Shown here: positions 23,864-37,772 of the stretch, piece after piece
How positions within the stretch are numbered: the first letter of the stretch is position 1
Layout: every line of letters starts with the position of its first letter
Assembly: GCA_903813345.2 (NCBI GenBank)
Contig: CAIIXF020000001.1
Span: forward strand, 39,804,001 to 39,868,000
Reading direction: 5' to 3'
Source: Owenia fusiformis
Lineage: Eukaryota
Length of the DNA: 64,000 nucleotides
The notes under the pieces: model-generated
Database searches by the model: none
Seen by the model: the letters and a program-made list of their open reading frames with translations, nothing else
What the model was told of the DNA's origin: nothing
Position numbers and translations under genes: made by a program

Positions 23864-26800
23864 TTAAAGGAATGCACTTGGGTTAGCTTTGGGATCCTTC
23901 TGGTTTCTGTACCTCAGAGCTAGCCAAACGCCAATTATCTGAAACAGCAGGAACAATAATGATTGTAAATATGAAGTTTTAAGTCAATGTACTATTATCG
24001 GGTTGGGAATACCTCCTGATCCTACAATACACAAGCGTATAATATGCTCTTTCACATGAAAAAAATATTTATAATTAATATGACTATGAGTACACTTATC
24101 TATGCATACAAACTACAGTTTGATCCGTGTACTTCAAAATGTATGATGGGGCACAGAAAATTCAAAATCCTTCAAAAAACAAAAATTAGGTTAGTTAGAG
24201 GAATCTTAAAATATTTATTTTAAAATAGCTCTATTCACCTCATGTTTCTGACTTAATTCTACAGTTGCTTTCAATAGATGGGCAGTGTGGGGGTAAAAGG
24301 CTCATTTACTCTTTTAGTGAGAAGAATCTTGATTATATGATTTGTTTTATGAAAAAATATTCCTAAAGGATGGATGGTTTTAAACTATGTCATCTCCATT
24401 GTCCTCCATATGAAGGAGATGCAACATATTGTAATGTTGCCTAACAGACATTTCAATAAAAGACCAGCAATGGTACGGCAAATTATTTTAGACAGTCATT
24501 TGACCTAAACTTTCTGACCATAAATTTATCAATTTCTATCAACATAATATGTTTTGTTTTCCTTTTCTCATTTGAACCATGTGACAAGTTTCTTATGCCC
24601 TGTCGGTAAGTTCTGAAAGGAGGAAGGGCAGTGAAATGCAATGAGGTTGAAAACGACAAGTCACCGCTTATTTTTCCATATGGAAAACTCATGAGGTCCA
24701 TTATTTTCAGCCTAATTTTGCTCACCAAAATTTGATATCTTCCAAACTAGACTTTCTATGTCATTTTACCTTTAAAGAAATGAGAAAAACAAGATATTTA
24801 GAAAATATGTTGATGTTAGGATCCTAATCCATGGTTTTTCAAAGAGTCGGATTGATCATTTTATTATCCTGGGAACCCTAACTGGTGGCATCAAAGATAT
24901 GACTGTCTAAAATAATTCGCCATACCATACCTGGTCCTTTGAGTGTAAGATCCCAGAAGCCATTTCTTGAAGGGGCCCGGTGTTCTTTATTTAGAACAGG
25001 TATAAACATAATATGCATAGTCAAACAAGCACAAAGCACTGCCTTAATACATGAGTCAAAGTAACTGATAGAGAATTATAATAGAATGAATTTTTTGATA
25101 CAAACCTTACACAATACCTATGTGTGTCCCTGTTTCAAAAATTATTTTTGAAACAAGTATAAACTGACAGGTTCTGCATAATTAACAGGTTAACATATAC
25201 ATTGTACATGTATACCTTTCATTGAATTACATGTGTATTTAACAACAATCAAATCATTCAATATTAGACAAAATCAAAATATTCCCATCACCTCATGTTG
25301 TGCTAAAAACTTTTGTTACTGGTCAGTAAAGGTGGTAAAAGGTAGTTTATGGGTAAAAGTCAGACATATAGTTAACAGGTAAGAGAAAGTCATCTTACAA
25401 AATGGCGGAAGTCAAACTATGATTTTTGGGTTTCATTGAATTCAACCTATTTCTTTTGTCCTGGTCAATGTAGATACTGCTTAGGTTTTCAAAGTGTATA
25501 AATAAACCATTTACCCAGTCATATGATTTTGAATTGTTTTTTATCTATTGTAGGACATTTGAAAAGGTGCAATGAAGGACAGAGATAATTTGAGTGTTAC
25601 ATTTAAAAAATATTTGAAAATATTTACTGCTCACCATATTCATTGTCATCATATCTTATTTTATTAAAATGACAACTTTATTTCATGCTGGTGCTTTCAG
25701 TTTATTTGGGGAATCATTTTGATAATCCATCTTCAAGATTCCTTCTCAAGCAGAGGCTCTCTTTAAAGAGGCCTCTGAAATTTGGACAAAATCTGATAAG
25801 TCATATTTAAGTTAAAAATTACATTTTTTCATACAGTTCATTTTGAATTCAGTTAAAATGATCAAAATTTATTCTGAAACAGATGTGTTATGTTCCTAAA
25901 ACAACAGCGCATAAAATGGCTACTATTTTCAATTAAGCAGCCATATTGGGAATTCTTTTTCAAGCAGAGGTCCAATGCCAATACAGCATCAGACTATAAA
26001 AGTTGAACCCAATATGTTGATCAGTATGTGAGTTATTCTAAACAGACAGATGAAAAAAAGACGGAAAAATCTACAGAATCTTCAGAATTCCTTCAGTGGA
26101 ATAATAAAAGATTTGTCATCTTTACAAGCATATAGAAATATGTAATGCTACAATTATAAATTCTATAACTTTTTGAAATAAGAATGGTTATCACACAAAC
26201 AAAGCCACCACCACCAAAGCAACCATCACCATATATATGAAGCTAGAAGGGTTAATCCTAAAGCCTGTTACCTATATGTATGTACCTGTACTTGACTTAT
26301 AGTTATAAGAAAGCACTGGGATTGGCCCGTGGATCTTTCTGATTACGGAACCGAACTGTTAACCAAACACCTAGTATCTGAAATAGGAATCACCACCCTT
26401 ATGACATTCCAAAAATCTCTTCATATACCATCTATTTACTGTATATTTTCACATTTCTTCCATAAACTTGTTGAGCTTTCTCTGACAAGTCTGGATTTGG
26501 CTTATACAGAACGAAGCTTATCATATATCTGTATAGTGATCTCCCTAGCATTAGAGTTATCAGGTACTGCACCATCTTGAAAATTCGAAAAATTCAATGA
26601 AACCATGTAGAAAATCTGTATGAAAGAATATTGAGATATTTGGTAAAATAATGGGGAAATCACTGTACTGTACATCTCACCAGAGAAAATTGCAATATTT
26701 TTCCAAAAATGACATCAGAGGTGCAATGAAGCTGCAATGCAAAAAACAGATTGGAGGCTCGTCATTCACATTGACCAAAAAAGTTTATTTAGACAATTTA

Positions 26801-29800
26801 ATGTAAATAATAATTTATCTTTCAATGTCGTTAATTGTAACAATAATGTCATTAAATGATCTAATCTTGGCAAGAATTTTGTAAAAGATGCACCTATTGC
26901 TATTAATAAGGATGGTGAATGATTCAAACAAACAGCCATGCAACTTTCTCTGGAATCAGATATACCTGATAGTTTTCTTTCTTCCCACATGTTTATTCTA
27001 AAGTTCAAGCCTTTATCAACCATTAAGAAATAAGTATTCCCCAACTGTAGATTATACATTATAAGTGTCTTGCAACCTTGAATAAAAATCCCTTTGACCA
27101 CCAATTTATTCAAAACAAAAAAAAACATCCGTTTATGGAAAAGCTGTCTATGTAGACTGCTCTATGAACATGCTAGCAGTCCAGTATACAGTAAGATGGT
27201 ACAAACAGGCATGTTACTTTGTTAGTTCAGCAAATTGATGAGTAATAATAGAAATTGCATTGTGAAAAAGACAATGAAGGAAGAATATGTTTACTTCCTT
27301 CTGCATGACTTGTATTATATTCTACTTATTAAAATAACTGAAATATGCTGTTAAAAAGTGAAGCATAAAACAAAACTTTGATTAGTACATGTGAAGTTTA
27401 TGTTGTATCTGAATAGACTTACCTCTGTGAAACTAAAGAATAGTCCTATACCCCCAGTTATTTTTAATGCTGAATCCATGTGTTTTTCTAGTTTATTCCA
27501 ACACTGGCTACAAGGACAATTTAAATCTGTTGTGGTTTCATTTTTACCAGAGCAACATTTGGCGTCACTGCTTTTGCAACAATCTGCCTGGAATAAAGGA
27601 TGCAATAAAAATGTTAATTTCTAATTCAGATACAAGAAACAGTTTGAACAAATCTATATGACTTATTTGGATAATTGCAACTCCCAGAAAATATGAGGAA
27701 TTATCTGCACAATAATTAGAACTAAAATCTAAAGTCTACTTCCTAAAATAATTATAGTTCTGATATACACTAGACAAAAAGCCACCCTCTAATTATGTCA
27801 CATTTCATTTAATCAGACAGATTCTTTAATTTAATGACTGTTGAAGGTTTAATGGTTTATTCACAACATGTAAGTCACCCCTTCCTCTTATATTATCTCT
27901 ATTACAATCAATTATTTATTTATTATAGAGAATGTAAGAGATTGGGACAAGGGCGTTACAATACCCGGGAATTTATCGGTTCGTGCAGTACTTGTTTGTG
28001 ATAGCGCCCTCTGTAGGTCACTGTGCTTATAGCCTACAGTAATACGGGGTAGGATATCGGGAATTCGGTCAGTTTCTATCCGTCGATTTCGCTATGAATT
28101 GAAGCAAGTGTGACCACTTTATCCACTTAAACAATTTGATAATTGATTAAATATTTAAACAAAATCGATAAACACGTTATACACTTCCTATCTCCTTAGA
28201 AATTAGCATGTATTTATGGATTGTGTTTTCGAACAAGGCTCGACCCAAACCAATAGGGAAATCCTTATGCTAATTAGTATGACGTCATATTTTCCTGGGG
28301 AATCCTAGATTTCAAAGCCTCAGTCTGTTATTGTGTCAAATGTAAACGCTCTTTTGCAGACAGAAAATTGACAGATTAGCTTTTAACTTTCAGCTTTGAT
28401 GTTTAAATAATCTGTATTTCTACCGGACTTCTTGCTGAATATCATATAATGTTATAACTTGATTTGGATCATTGCCTGATTGCTCATTCTGAAATTTTGA
28501 TTGTGATTCATGATTGATTGGCAAGTAAAATAATTCCTATTGTTTTCCAGCGAAGTCAAAATGTTACAGCATGAGTTATAATGTCGAGTTTGCATCATGT
28601 TAAATTCTGCTAGTGATTAGAAGTCCATGCACAAGCATACACATAAGAGACAAACACACCCAGGCTCCAGGCCGTGGAGTGGAAATATAAAACTATTTAA
28701 GGCACAAACTGGTATTAATAGACCGATATGTAGTGTCTGCCATGTATTGAAGGTAAACCAATCTGCATTATTAATGTTTCTTCTATCAATACATGGATTG
28801 TGCAATGGAAAAGCAATGGCACAATCAAAAATGTGCATATCAATCGTGAATATCTCTCGGTTCAAAGCTTATTTCCAACAGAATCGTGTCAAAATATGTG
28901 TCTGAGTAACAGTTATACATTATAAGATCGCAAACTCTTACCAATTATCAGCCGAATGGCTCATTTTCAACGAAATGTCCTTAAGACAACAGCCCTGGGT
29001 CGCGCCTGAGACCAAAAACTATTTCAAATAGCCCTCCCCTAATTATATTGGATAATCACATTTATGCGTGCGCGCGCAGCTCATCCACTGAACGAAACGC
29101 CACTTCCCGCTGAAATCACCGGGTATTGATCTTTCCCTTGATTGGGATGACTTACTCCCATGATTCACAACTAGCTCACTCACCACATTGCCACATTTTG
29201 GATGCCCCATTGGTTCATCAATTAAATTTTGTTCTTTAAAACCGCAACAATCAAATGTTTTCTGTACTTCTGTTTTCATCGAAACTGAGGATTTCATCCA
29301 ACCCTGGGTTGCAATATTTTCTTGCTGCACTGTGTTGACAGCCAGACAAGCACATGCTATTGCAAATTGTATGAGGAATAATAGGAATAGGATGATCATA
29401 TACTAATAAAATGTTAAGGAATATAATAGCAACTTCTGCATTGTACATCCAAAAATTAATTGTAAATACCATTTTTATATACCTACATGTAACATAATAT
29501 AAGTGCTTTCTTTCATTTGTAGTCTAGATGTCATTTTAAGTATTTCTGTTAAACCGCACCATATACCCACTAGGGTGTCCAGCGGATTGTTTTTAGAGTG
29601 TATATTATATAAGAATTATGAAATAAATAAATTGCATTGAAAAAAAATTGAAAAACTGCCAACTAGAACAGTGGCCTTATATTAACTGCCAACTAGAACA
29701 GTGGCCTTATATTAACTGCCAACTAGAACATTGGCCTTATATCAACTGCCAACTAGAACATTGGCCTTGTATCAACTGCCAACTAGAACATTGGCCTTGT

Positions 29801-32800
29801 ATCAACTGCCAACTAGAACATTGGCCTTGTATCAACTGCCAACTAGAACATTGGCCTTATATCAACTGCCAGCTAGAACATTGGCCTTATATCAACTGCC
29901 AACTAGAACATTGGCCTTATATCAACTGCCAGCTAGAACATTGGCCTTGTATCAATTGCCAACTAGAACATTGGCCTTATATCAACTGCCAACTAGAACA
30001 TTGGCCTTGTATCAACTGCCAACTAGAACATTGGCCTTATATCAACTGCCAGCTAGAACATTGGCCTTGTATCAATTGCCAACTAGAACATTGGCCTTAT
30101 ATCAACTGCCAACTAGAACATTGGCCTTATATCAACTGCCAACTAGAACATTGGCCTTATGTCAACTGCCAACTAGAACATTGGCCTTATATTAACTGCC
30201 AACTAGAACATTGGCCTTATATCAACTGCCAGCTAGAACATTGGCCTTGTATCAATTGCCAACTAGAAAATTGGCCTTATATCAACTGCCAACTAGAACA
30301 TTGGCCTTATATTAACTGCCAACTAGAACATTGGCCTTATATCAACTGCCAGCTAGAACATTGGCCTTGTATCAATTGCCAACTAGAAAATTGGCCTTAT
30401 ATCAACATCTACATGTAAAATTGAACATTTGAACACTGAACTAACCAGATAACAAATGATTTTTTCTACATTTTGTATTTGGAAAGGATACAAAAAAGAG
30501 TAAGACTTGATGGTGTTTTACAGCTCCTACCAGCCCAATGATAGCTACCAATAGAAGGAATACTCCACAGGCTATGACACCACCTATCACTGTTATATCT
30601 GTAACTATAGCAACTGCACGTGCTGTGGCAGCAACACCTATCAGGATAAAGGAGACTAGCTGAAAATATAAAGAAAATCATTATTGTAAAGTAATATATA
30701 TGCTCATTACTGTACTTCTACTTTTAATTTGGTGCAACTTATTTTGGCAGATTTGCTGTTCTGAACATTTGAAGGCTACTTAATTTGGGGAACTCACAAT
30801 GTTGAAATGTCAGGCCCGTAGCCAGAGGAGGAGCTGGGGGAGCTGAAGCTCCCCCCTTGGCCAGAAATTCTTTCAAAATCATGCAGTTTTTTACCATTCT
30901 GAGAATTTTTCGCATGATTTTTAGCCAAAATTAGAAAGAAATAGACAGCCAAATTAAAATGGCCGCTAAATTAAGTAGAAATACAGAATAAACAAATTAC
31001 AGTTCCAAATTATAACCATTTTTCATTGATGTCCATCCAATGCCAATGCTACTGCCGATGCTACCCAATGTCAGTCAAAAAATATTGGCTGTAACAATAT
31101 GTCACATTTTCTTGGTTGAGGCATATACGCAATCAGTTGTGGATATCAAGAGTAATACAAAGAACATAGGACACCTTCAAAAGTACATGGAACATTTTTA
31201 GATTGTGGAACGATTATCTTGCTTAATGTGTCAACTTGAAAATGTTCAGACTCAAATTGATTCTTCTAGCCCCACCTTAACAGGTGCGCCATACTGCCAT
31301 ATTTGACTCATAAAATGAATATACTGTACAGGTATGCATGTTTCTGACTGCTGTTCACTTGAAAATGTGAGACCCAGTATCTACACTCTGCATCTTACAT
31401 GTAGTATGAGCTGGATGCTAAGATCCTAAACCTGTATTCTACAGCTAGTAGCTAGATGCATAATCTAATATTGGATCTTGCTAATCTGGCCGTAGCCTGA
31501 TTAAAGTGGTAATTACATAGTGACATTCGAATAAACTAAATCATGAACATTATATAGAATGGAGATGACATCTGTTTATTGATTTTTAGAATACAAATTG
31601 GATGTGGGCATAATTAGTATCTTGAAAGCCTCCAATATTATTATATAATTAGTATCACAAGTTTTGTTAAATTTGATATGCTATAATCGTCACAATGACC
31701 TTATTTTGGAAAACTCACTTTTCAATAATTTCCCTAAAATTGAATTCTACCAACTGAACTCACTCTATTGAGATTTTAAAAATAAATTTGCACTCACTTC
31801 AAAACCTAATTGCAACAACTTGAAAATGAGAAAAATCATTAAAATTACCATACTGTCACAAACTTAAGACCCACTTGGGGAAGAGACTACTACAGCTGTA
31901 TTAGATACTACCTATCAGATATGAACTCAAGTGGCAAAATTAGACCTAAAAATACTTTGATTTGCCAGCATTAAGCAGTACCAGGTGAAACACTTAAAGT
32001 ATTTTGCAATTTAAATTTTTGATTTACATCTGCACTTTAATCATGTTAATATGCATTTAGTATTGTCAATAAGTTTTCAGTGGGTATACTAATTTAGCCC
32101 TCAGTACTCACTTGTATGCAGATGGTATATATGTTGTATGCCAAATGAACAATCTCTGTAGCTTAAATTCGATCACTTCTTGTGTGTTTTTTGTTTAGAA
32201 ATAAGACCAAAAATCCCAATTAAAATTCTGAAGTGAACAAAATGATGGGTGTTTGAATTAGAATTTTGTAATCATGACATGCCCAATGCTCATATTAGGT
32301 AGAATACTGAGATTACATTCTGCGAGCCTATCTTCCTTAAAATTCAGCTGTCATCTCAAAAATTTCTTCTCAAGCAGCACTCCTTTGTCCCTTGGTATCC
32401 ATATAAAATTTGAACAGACCTGCTGTGTTCTTGGGCATCATCATGTAAAATTTGAACCAACTTTGTTCACTGGTATTTGAGCTATCAAAGATTAAGTTTT
32501 TTTACGAAAAATGGCAGCCATTATAAAATTCTTTAAAAACTCTTGTTGATCAAAGCTGCTTTGATGCTACTAGGTATCAGCAGATAAAAGAACAGGTCCA
32601 TTTAACAGACTATTGGTCCACTTAGACTTTTTCTGAAAAACTCATTCTTCCATTTACTTTTAAAACCGATTGCAAGTTGTAGATAAACCTTTCTTCTTGA
32701 GATGTGCAATTTCAAAAAGTGGCATAAGTTCTCCTTTCTTAGAAAAATTGGCAGTAAGAACCCCTATCACAAGGCTGTCTGAATATGGGTACACTTTATG

Positions 32801-35800
32801 TTTACCATCAAAATAATATCAAAACTTATCATTATATAGAATTTAATATATGGAACATATGGCATACAAGTATTCGGAGAAGAAAATTGACAAAATCAAG
32901 CAATGTATGTAGTTTACCTATGGAAATCTAGAAAACATTGTCATTTTTCGTTCACTTTGTTATCAAGTTTTAGCATGGTGCTCATTCCCTTTCATTGAAA
33001 AATTAACCATCAGCCCACACTCCCACAAAAAATATATTGAAACTGTATAATGCAGAGACTGTAAAGTAACTTCTCTGCAAATATCATTTTTGTGGGAGTT
33101 TGGGGTCACCACTAAAACTTAACTTTTGTGATGAAAATAAGCCTGACTGGTTTATGTTTTCAATATGGCTGCTAACCTGGGCATACATGTACACTACATA
33201 ACTGCATGTACAGATTAGGCCATCCAAAATTAATTATATGTTGGCATTCTGATGAAGAGCCTTATATTAAAAACTACAAAGCCTTCATTTATTTAAAGGG
33301 TTTTATATATTATTTAAGAGTGAAAATGCAATAACACATTGTGCCAAAGCAAGTAACACCTCTTGAGTTCAGATGACCTTGTTAATGAAGTTTATATACA
33401 TGTAGTTTTTAATCAATCTTGGAATTCCTTTCGCTACAATATAATCCAAGATCACAATTCCCTTTGTCATTTATATACATTACAAGTAGAGAGTACATGG
33501 GGACATTTTGATTTTTCTGAAAACATAGAATTTAGTGTCATTATTATTAGAAAATATTTGAATGGCCTAAGTGTTTTTCTAAATAGGGAATAAGTAGAAA
33601 TTATTTTAGGCAATCCTTTGAGTGTCATGCCATTCATACATGATGCTGCCTTATATTTTATGATATATATTGAGAGAGGATTTCTCTGAATTATTTGTGT
33701 TTCAAATATGGTAACTGCAAATTGGCAAATAACTTTAAAAGTAAGTGTACATTCAAACATTTTAATTTCAAATGCCAAATAAAATGCCAAATGCCAATGG
33801 GCATTTAGTAAAAGTGACCCTATAACTATTTAGAATATGGCAAACATGTTTAGAAAACTGGCGAGAAGCAATTGAAATAAGAAAATCCATTCTTTTTGAA
33901 GTGCCCTTGTGTGCATTTAATTTCAGTCATTTTATCCAAATTGCCCATGGGCATTTTAAATAATAATCACATCTCAACTCTTAAAACATGCTTAGGATAC
34001 TGTTAGAGTCTCAAAAGGCAACAAGAGCAATCATTTTTGAAACAAGAAAATTTAGTCCCCCTAAAAATGCCCATATCGGTATTTATTCTCAAGATTTTCA
34101 GGTAATTGCTCGTGATAATTTATTTTAAAAAAATGTATTTCTATTCACATGTCTTTTTATCAGTCACAATCAAAATAAAGCCAATTGCTCTCATTTCTTG
34201 GATTAGAAACAGTAAAATTTTGACAAAAATAGCAACTTGACCTTTAAACCACCCTAGTGTCAAGGTCAAATGTCAAAACTCTCAGATATCACATTTTAAG
34301 TAATGAGTCATACTTCCTCTTCAATTCCATGTCAATATATACTTGTTTTGTAGGGGGGCTAAAAGAGGGGTTTACCGCCACCTGTCCTTTTAACCAAATC
34401 CATCAAATAGTATATTTGAGCTCAAAATTTACATTTTTATGAAAAATGGTGGCCATTTTGAATTGAGTGGCCATATTGAAAATTCCTTCTCGAGGAGAGG
34501 TCCTAAACACATAAGACATAAGATGGATGAACTGCTTCTCTATATCCCTTTGTTTGGTGGGAAAATAAGAACATTGCATGTTGAAACACATGTCAAAGAA
34601 ACTTGATGTCAATAAATACAAACTACATGTATTTACCTAAATCGAGCCTCTAGGTAATTCTTGGCTAGAAGTAATTTCATTTGGAACACCGTGAACCATT
34701 TGAAAAAACCTGGCCAGTGTGTTATAAATTATTATCAAATATTTTTAAAATCGCCAGATAAATAAATCATGAACTAGATAACGGCAACTCCGCGGAGTAG
34801 CAAATCCCAACGAACAAAATATCAATTACCGAATTCCAATCAATTATACTCATTACTTTGGTTAAAATTGAAAAAATTAGATTTTAGAATTGTGAATTCC
34901 TGCAAAGCAGCCATTTTAAATTTTCTGAGGTACAAATCTGAAAAATAATACCATAATTGTGATCTACTCCAAAAATCCTTCAATTTGAGTATAATATAGC
35001 CATACTTTGAAGGGATCGAAAAATTATTGCGAAATTGTACATTAGACGGCCATTTTGAATTTTACGAGGCTCGAATCGGAAAAAAGATACAATATTTGCA
35101 ATCTACTCTCCGTCTACCAGTATTCGAGTTATCTTCCGGACGGACAAACGGACGGACGGACTGACGGACGGACTGACTGACGGACGGAGGGCTTCACTAT
35201 ATCCCTACCGAACTTCGTTCGTTGGGATAATTATAATGGAACTGGCCGGGCTCCTTAATGAGATATTCTATGATTTCGTCAGGATTTTATCTAAAATTAA
35301 AATAAACCGCTCTAAGGAAAAAGGCGATATTCGAAATCTGGACAAAATGTTGTTATTGTCTGACATTAGTAACTGGCTGTAAATTCTAAGTTAGCGATCC
35401 AGAAGATGTGAACTAATACATTGATCACTTCATGTGTGTTTTAGAATTTTTGGTGAGGTAATAAGACCAAAACTCGCAATTCAAGTTGTAATGTGGAAAA
35501 ATGGTGAACATTTGATTTCAAATTTTATGATTACGACATGACCCGTATACAGCACTAAAAAACATGCATGGATTTATCTTTGGACGAAGGCCACAATACA
35601 GTGTCCTTAGAAGAAGGTAAATCTAACCATGTTGATACTCAACCAATCAGAGCATACAGCATTATGATTACGCAGATGCATGACTCAAGAAAAACTTAGA
35701 TTGATCGCTAGAATATTGTTGGCCATTCTCCTTGCAGTTCATTTGTGCGAATACAAATCACCTCTGAACAAATTCCTTGGAGACACAAAGGTGAATTTTA

Positions 35801-36760
35801 TCTAAATAACCACTTATCCAGCTTACTTTCAACCACAAGATACACAAGCTACAAGTAATCAAGCTGCAAGTAGTTTAGGCCTGGGAGATCAAAATTCAAC
35901 CCCATAGGCCTTACTCACGTCGAGAGCTACCATGTTAGATTTTGAAAGTATAGCTCTCCATCGTGAGGATCTCCCAGCTGAAGAATTGTAACATCTTAAT
36001 TTGATCAGCGCCAGTCAACGGCTTGCTGTTTGTCTCAAACTGTAGCCTACATATGGGCTCATATGTGTCTACTTTCCCCGTGCATGTAGGATCGCGGATG
36101 TGCTTCTATGGCGATCAGGAGTTCTAATCGTTTTTTGTTCGATACCCATTTCCAATATGGCGGTTAAACGGAAATACTATCGACGCATGCGCAACTTGGG
36201 AAACGTCAAGCCGCCATATTGAATATACCTGGCCAAAACTTTTGACACGACCAATAAAATGAAGTCCTGATCGATACATAGGGCAGTGAGACGTTCTATA
36301 GTTGAGCTGAATGAAAGATGGCGATGTAGGATACATTTTCAGGTATATAATGTGCAACATGAGTCAGCTGAATTCCCTGAAATTTTCTTTGAAGTCAGGA
36401 TTCTCAAGCTGTTGATCCTAGCGATAGAGAGCTATACTTTCAAAATCTAAGTAGCTCTCGACGGGAGTAACATAGGCCTATTCATGAGGGTACTTTTCGA
36501 CAGCACATTTCAGCAGCAACATGGAAAGATTACATTCAATAAACATCATAAAAATATGCTTATGAGTTAAAACAAATGCGTAGAAACTTTTATATAAGCA
36601 CTATGATTAGATAAGCCACGTCATTTGCACGAGATGAGCCGGCTGAAAAAAATCGAAAAATGATCATGATTGATTTTCTGAACAATAAGAAAATACTTAC
36701 AATGTACACTACGTTTAACGCTACGAGCGCGTTCTTCGAACAAGTAAACCCACCACACAT
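23864..36760 (-). CDS. TSPAN31: Tetraspanin-13/31 ortholog (228 aa with the proximal first exon)
   Basis: Exons 36760-36701 ([20 protein letters not shown]), 30659-30492 (..[12 protein letters not shown]), 29402-29184 ([24 protein letters not shown]), 27587-27423 (..[11 protein letters not shown]), 23938-23864 (..[16 protein letters not shown]); all phase 0. The N- and C-terminal motifs are typical of TSPAN13/31; which paralog name applies is unresolved. Confidence 0.95.
24461..24939. mobile_element. MITE with ~40-bp TIR in tetraspanin intron 4
   Basis: gaccagcaatggtacggcaaattatttttagacagtcat / atgactgtctaaaataattcgccataccatacctggtc are inverted. Confidence 0.75.
29403..30491 (-). other. U12-type (minor spliceosome) GT-AG intron, tetraspanin intron 2
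   Basis: 5' splice site |GTATCCTTT and branch point TTCCTTAAC 10 nt before the 3' end (ttccttaacattttattag|). Confidence 0.92.
29654..30406. repeat. Homogeneous 30-bp minisatellite, ~25 copies (AACTGCCAACTAGAACATTGGCCTTRTATC)
   Basis: Directly visible; no indels and few substitutions; lies inside the U12 intron. Confidence 0.98.
34772..35232. mobile_element. Helentron-associated (HINE/DINE-like) non-autonomous element
   Basis: Starts aactagataacggcaactcc..atcccaacgaac, has internal direct repeats (gccattttraatttt..gagg) and a (GACG)n microsatellite, and ends gttcgttgggataa, complementary to the 5' motif. A related terminus lies inverted at ~1832-1875. Confidence 0.55.
35911..36470. mobile_element. 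MITE with ~75-bp TIR and 8-bp TSD
   Basis: CATAGGCC|TTACTCACGTCGAGAGCTAC..TTAGATTTTGAAAGTATAGCTCTC...GAGAGCTATACTTTCAAAATCTAAGTAGCTCTCGACGGGAGTAA|CATAGGCC. Confidence 0.9.
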
Positions 36761-37131
36761 CGTGTTTTAGGGTTTAGTTGACCCTCGGTACACCTGTATT
36801 CTGCTGAACAGACGAAGATTGATCAAAATTGCAAAGTAAAAATTATGATGGCGATTTTAGCCTCGATTTGGAATGTGAGTCAGAGGGACCTGTCATCATG
36901 TGATAACTTTTCTCTTTCATTTTCTCTTTCATGTGATTGTATTGCCCTGATAATAGGGGAAACAGTACCAAAGGACCAGGACACAAGGCCCAGGTCTTAC
37001 TAAGTTACTAATCCTACTTTGTCGTTTGTATCCGAGTGCTTTTAAAACCGTGTGTAGGGTAGTTAGCCTGTAGTTAGATCAGTCTGTTAGGTATCTACGT
37101 CAATGGTTAGATCTATGAATAATGTACTTAC

Positions 37132-37242
37132 CATAAATAATAAATTTAACGCAATTAATGTATTTCTACTGCATTTCCAGCCCCATCGGACAAATAATGG
37201 AGCATTGTCAGGATCTGTGATACATCGAAATATTTTTGACAT
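37132..37242 (-). CDS. Candidate alternative (duplicated) first coding exon of the tetraspanin gene
   Basis: ATG at 37242, 37 codons MSKIFRCITDPDNAPLFVRWGWKCSRNTLIALNLLFM, then a strong phase-0 donor |gtaagt; homologous to the proximal first exon. Confidence 0.75.
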
Positions 37243-37772
37243 CTTGAAAAGTGTCTGATAAGATCTATGCGTCAATTACACAAGGTACAGTATGTCTTCT
37301 GAATATCATATCCAGTAAACATTCAGAGGCTATATCTTAACCTTTGTCTTTGATAAAGTGTTAAATGATTTGGTGTGATGACACCCAGTTAGTACTGGAG
37401 ATAAATAATGACTTAATATTTAACCAGTGAACTCTTGGACCCCGGGGTCTTGGACTCTCGACTGACGGTACAATAATATTCATGACGAAGAGTGCATTGC
37501 AGGATATAAGTTATACTGAGCTTTGTAACAGATGAATAGTTGACTTTACATTTTTATCAACAATTTCTGTTATATATCTTTACAGTTTTCCAATAAAAAG
37601 CCAGATAAATAGGGTTTCCGTTTAAAACTGCATAATAGAAAATGATCGCTCCCTGAAATATAAAATACGAAAGAGCCAACTGGAGAAAAAGTAGCTCCGT
37701 GCGTTTTGACCTACATCTTAATTTTCTCATTGCTGAATTCGTAAACGAATATAGTTATTTCTCCTTGTCAAA

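Noticed and set aside
27930..29150. Possible large TIR element in tetraspanin intron 3
   Set aside because: Two competing weak inverted matches and no TSD, so boundaries could not be defined.
29661..29675. Similarity of the 30-bp unit (aactagaacattggc) to the Helentron-like terminus (aactagaaattggc)
   Set aside because: Only ~14 nt of similarity, too short to support a common origin.
29648..30418. 256-aa ORF of [10 protein letters not shown] repeats (and the 154-aa overlapping ORF)
   Set aside because: By-product of a stop-free 30-bp minisatellite. It has a TTG start, no unique domain or signal peptide, and lies antisense within an intron.
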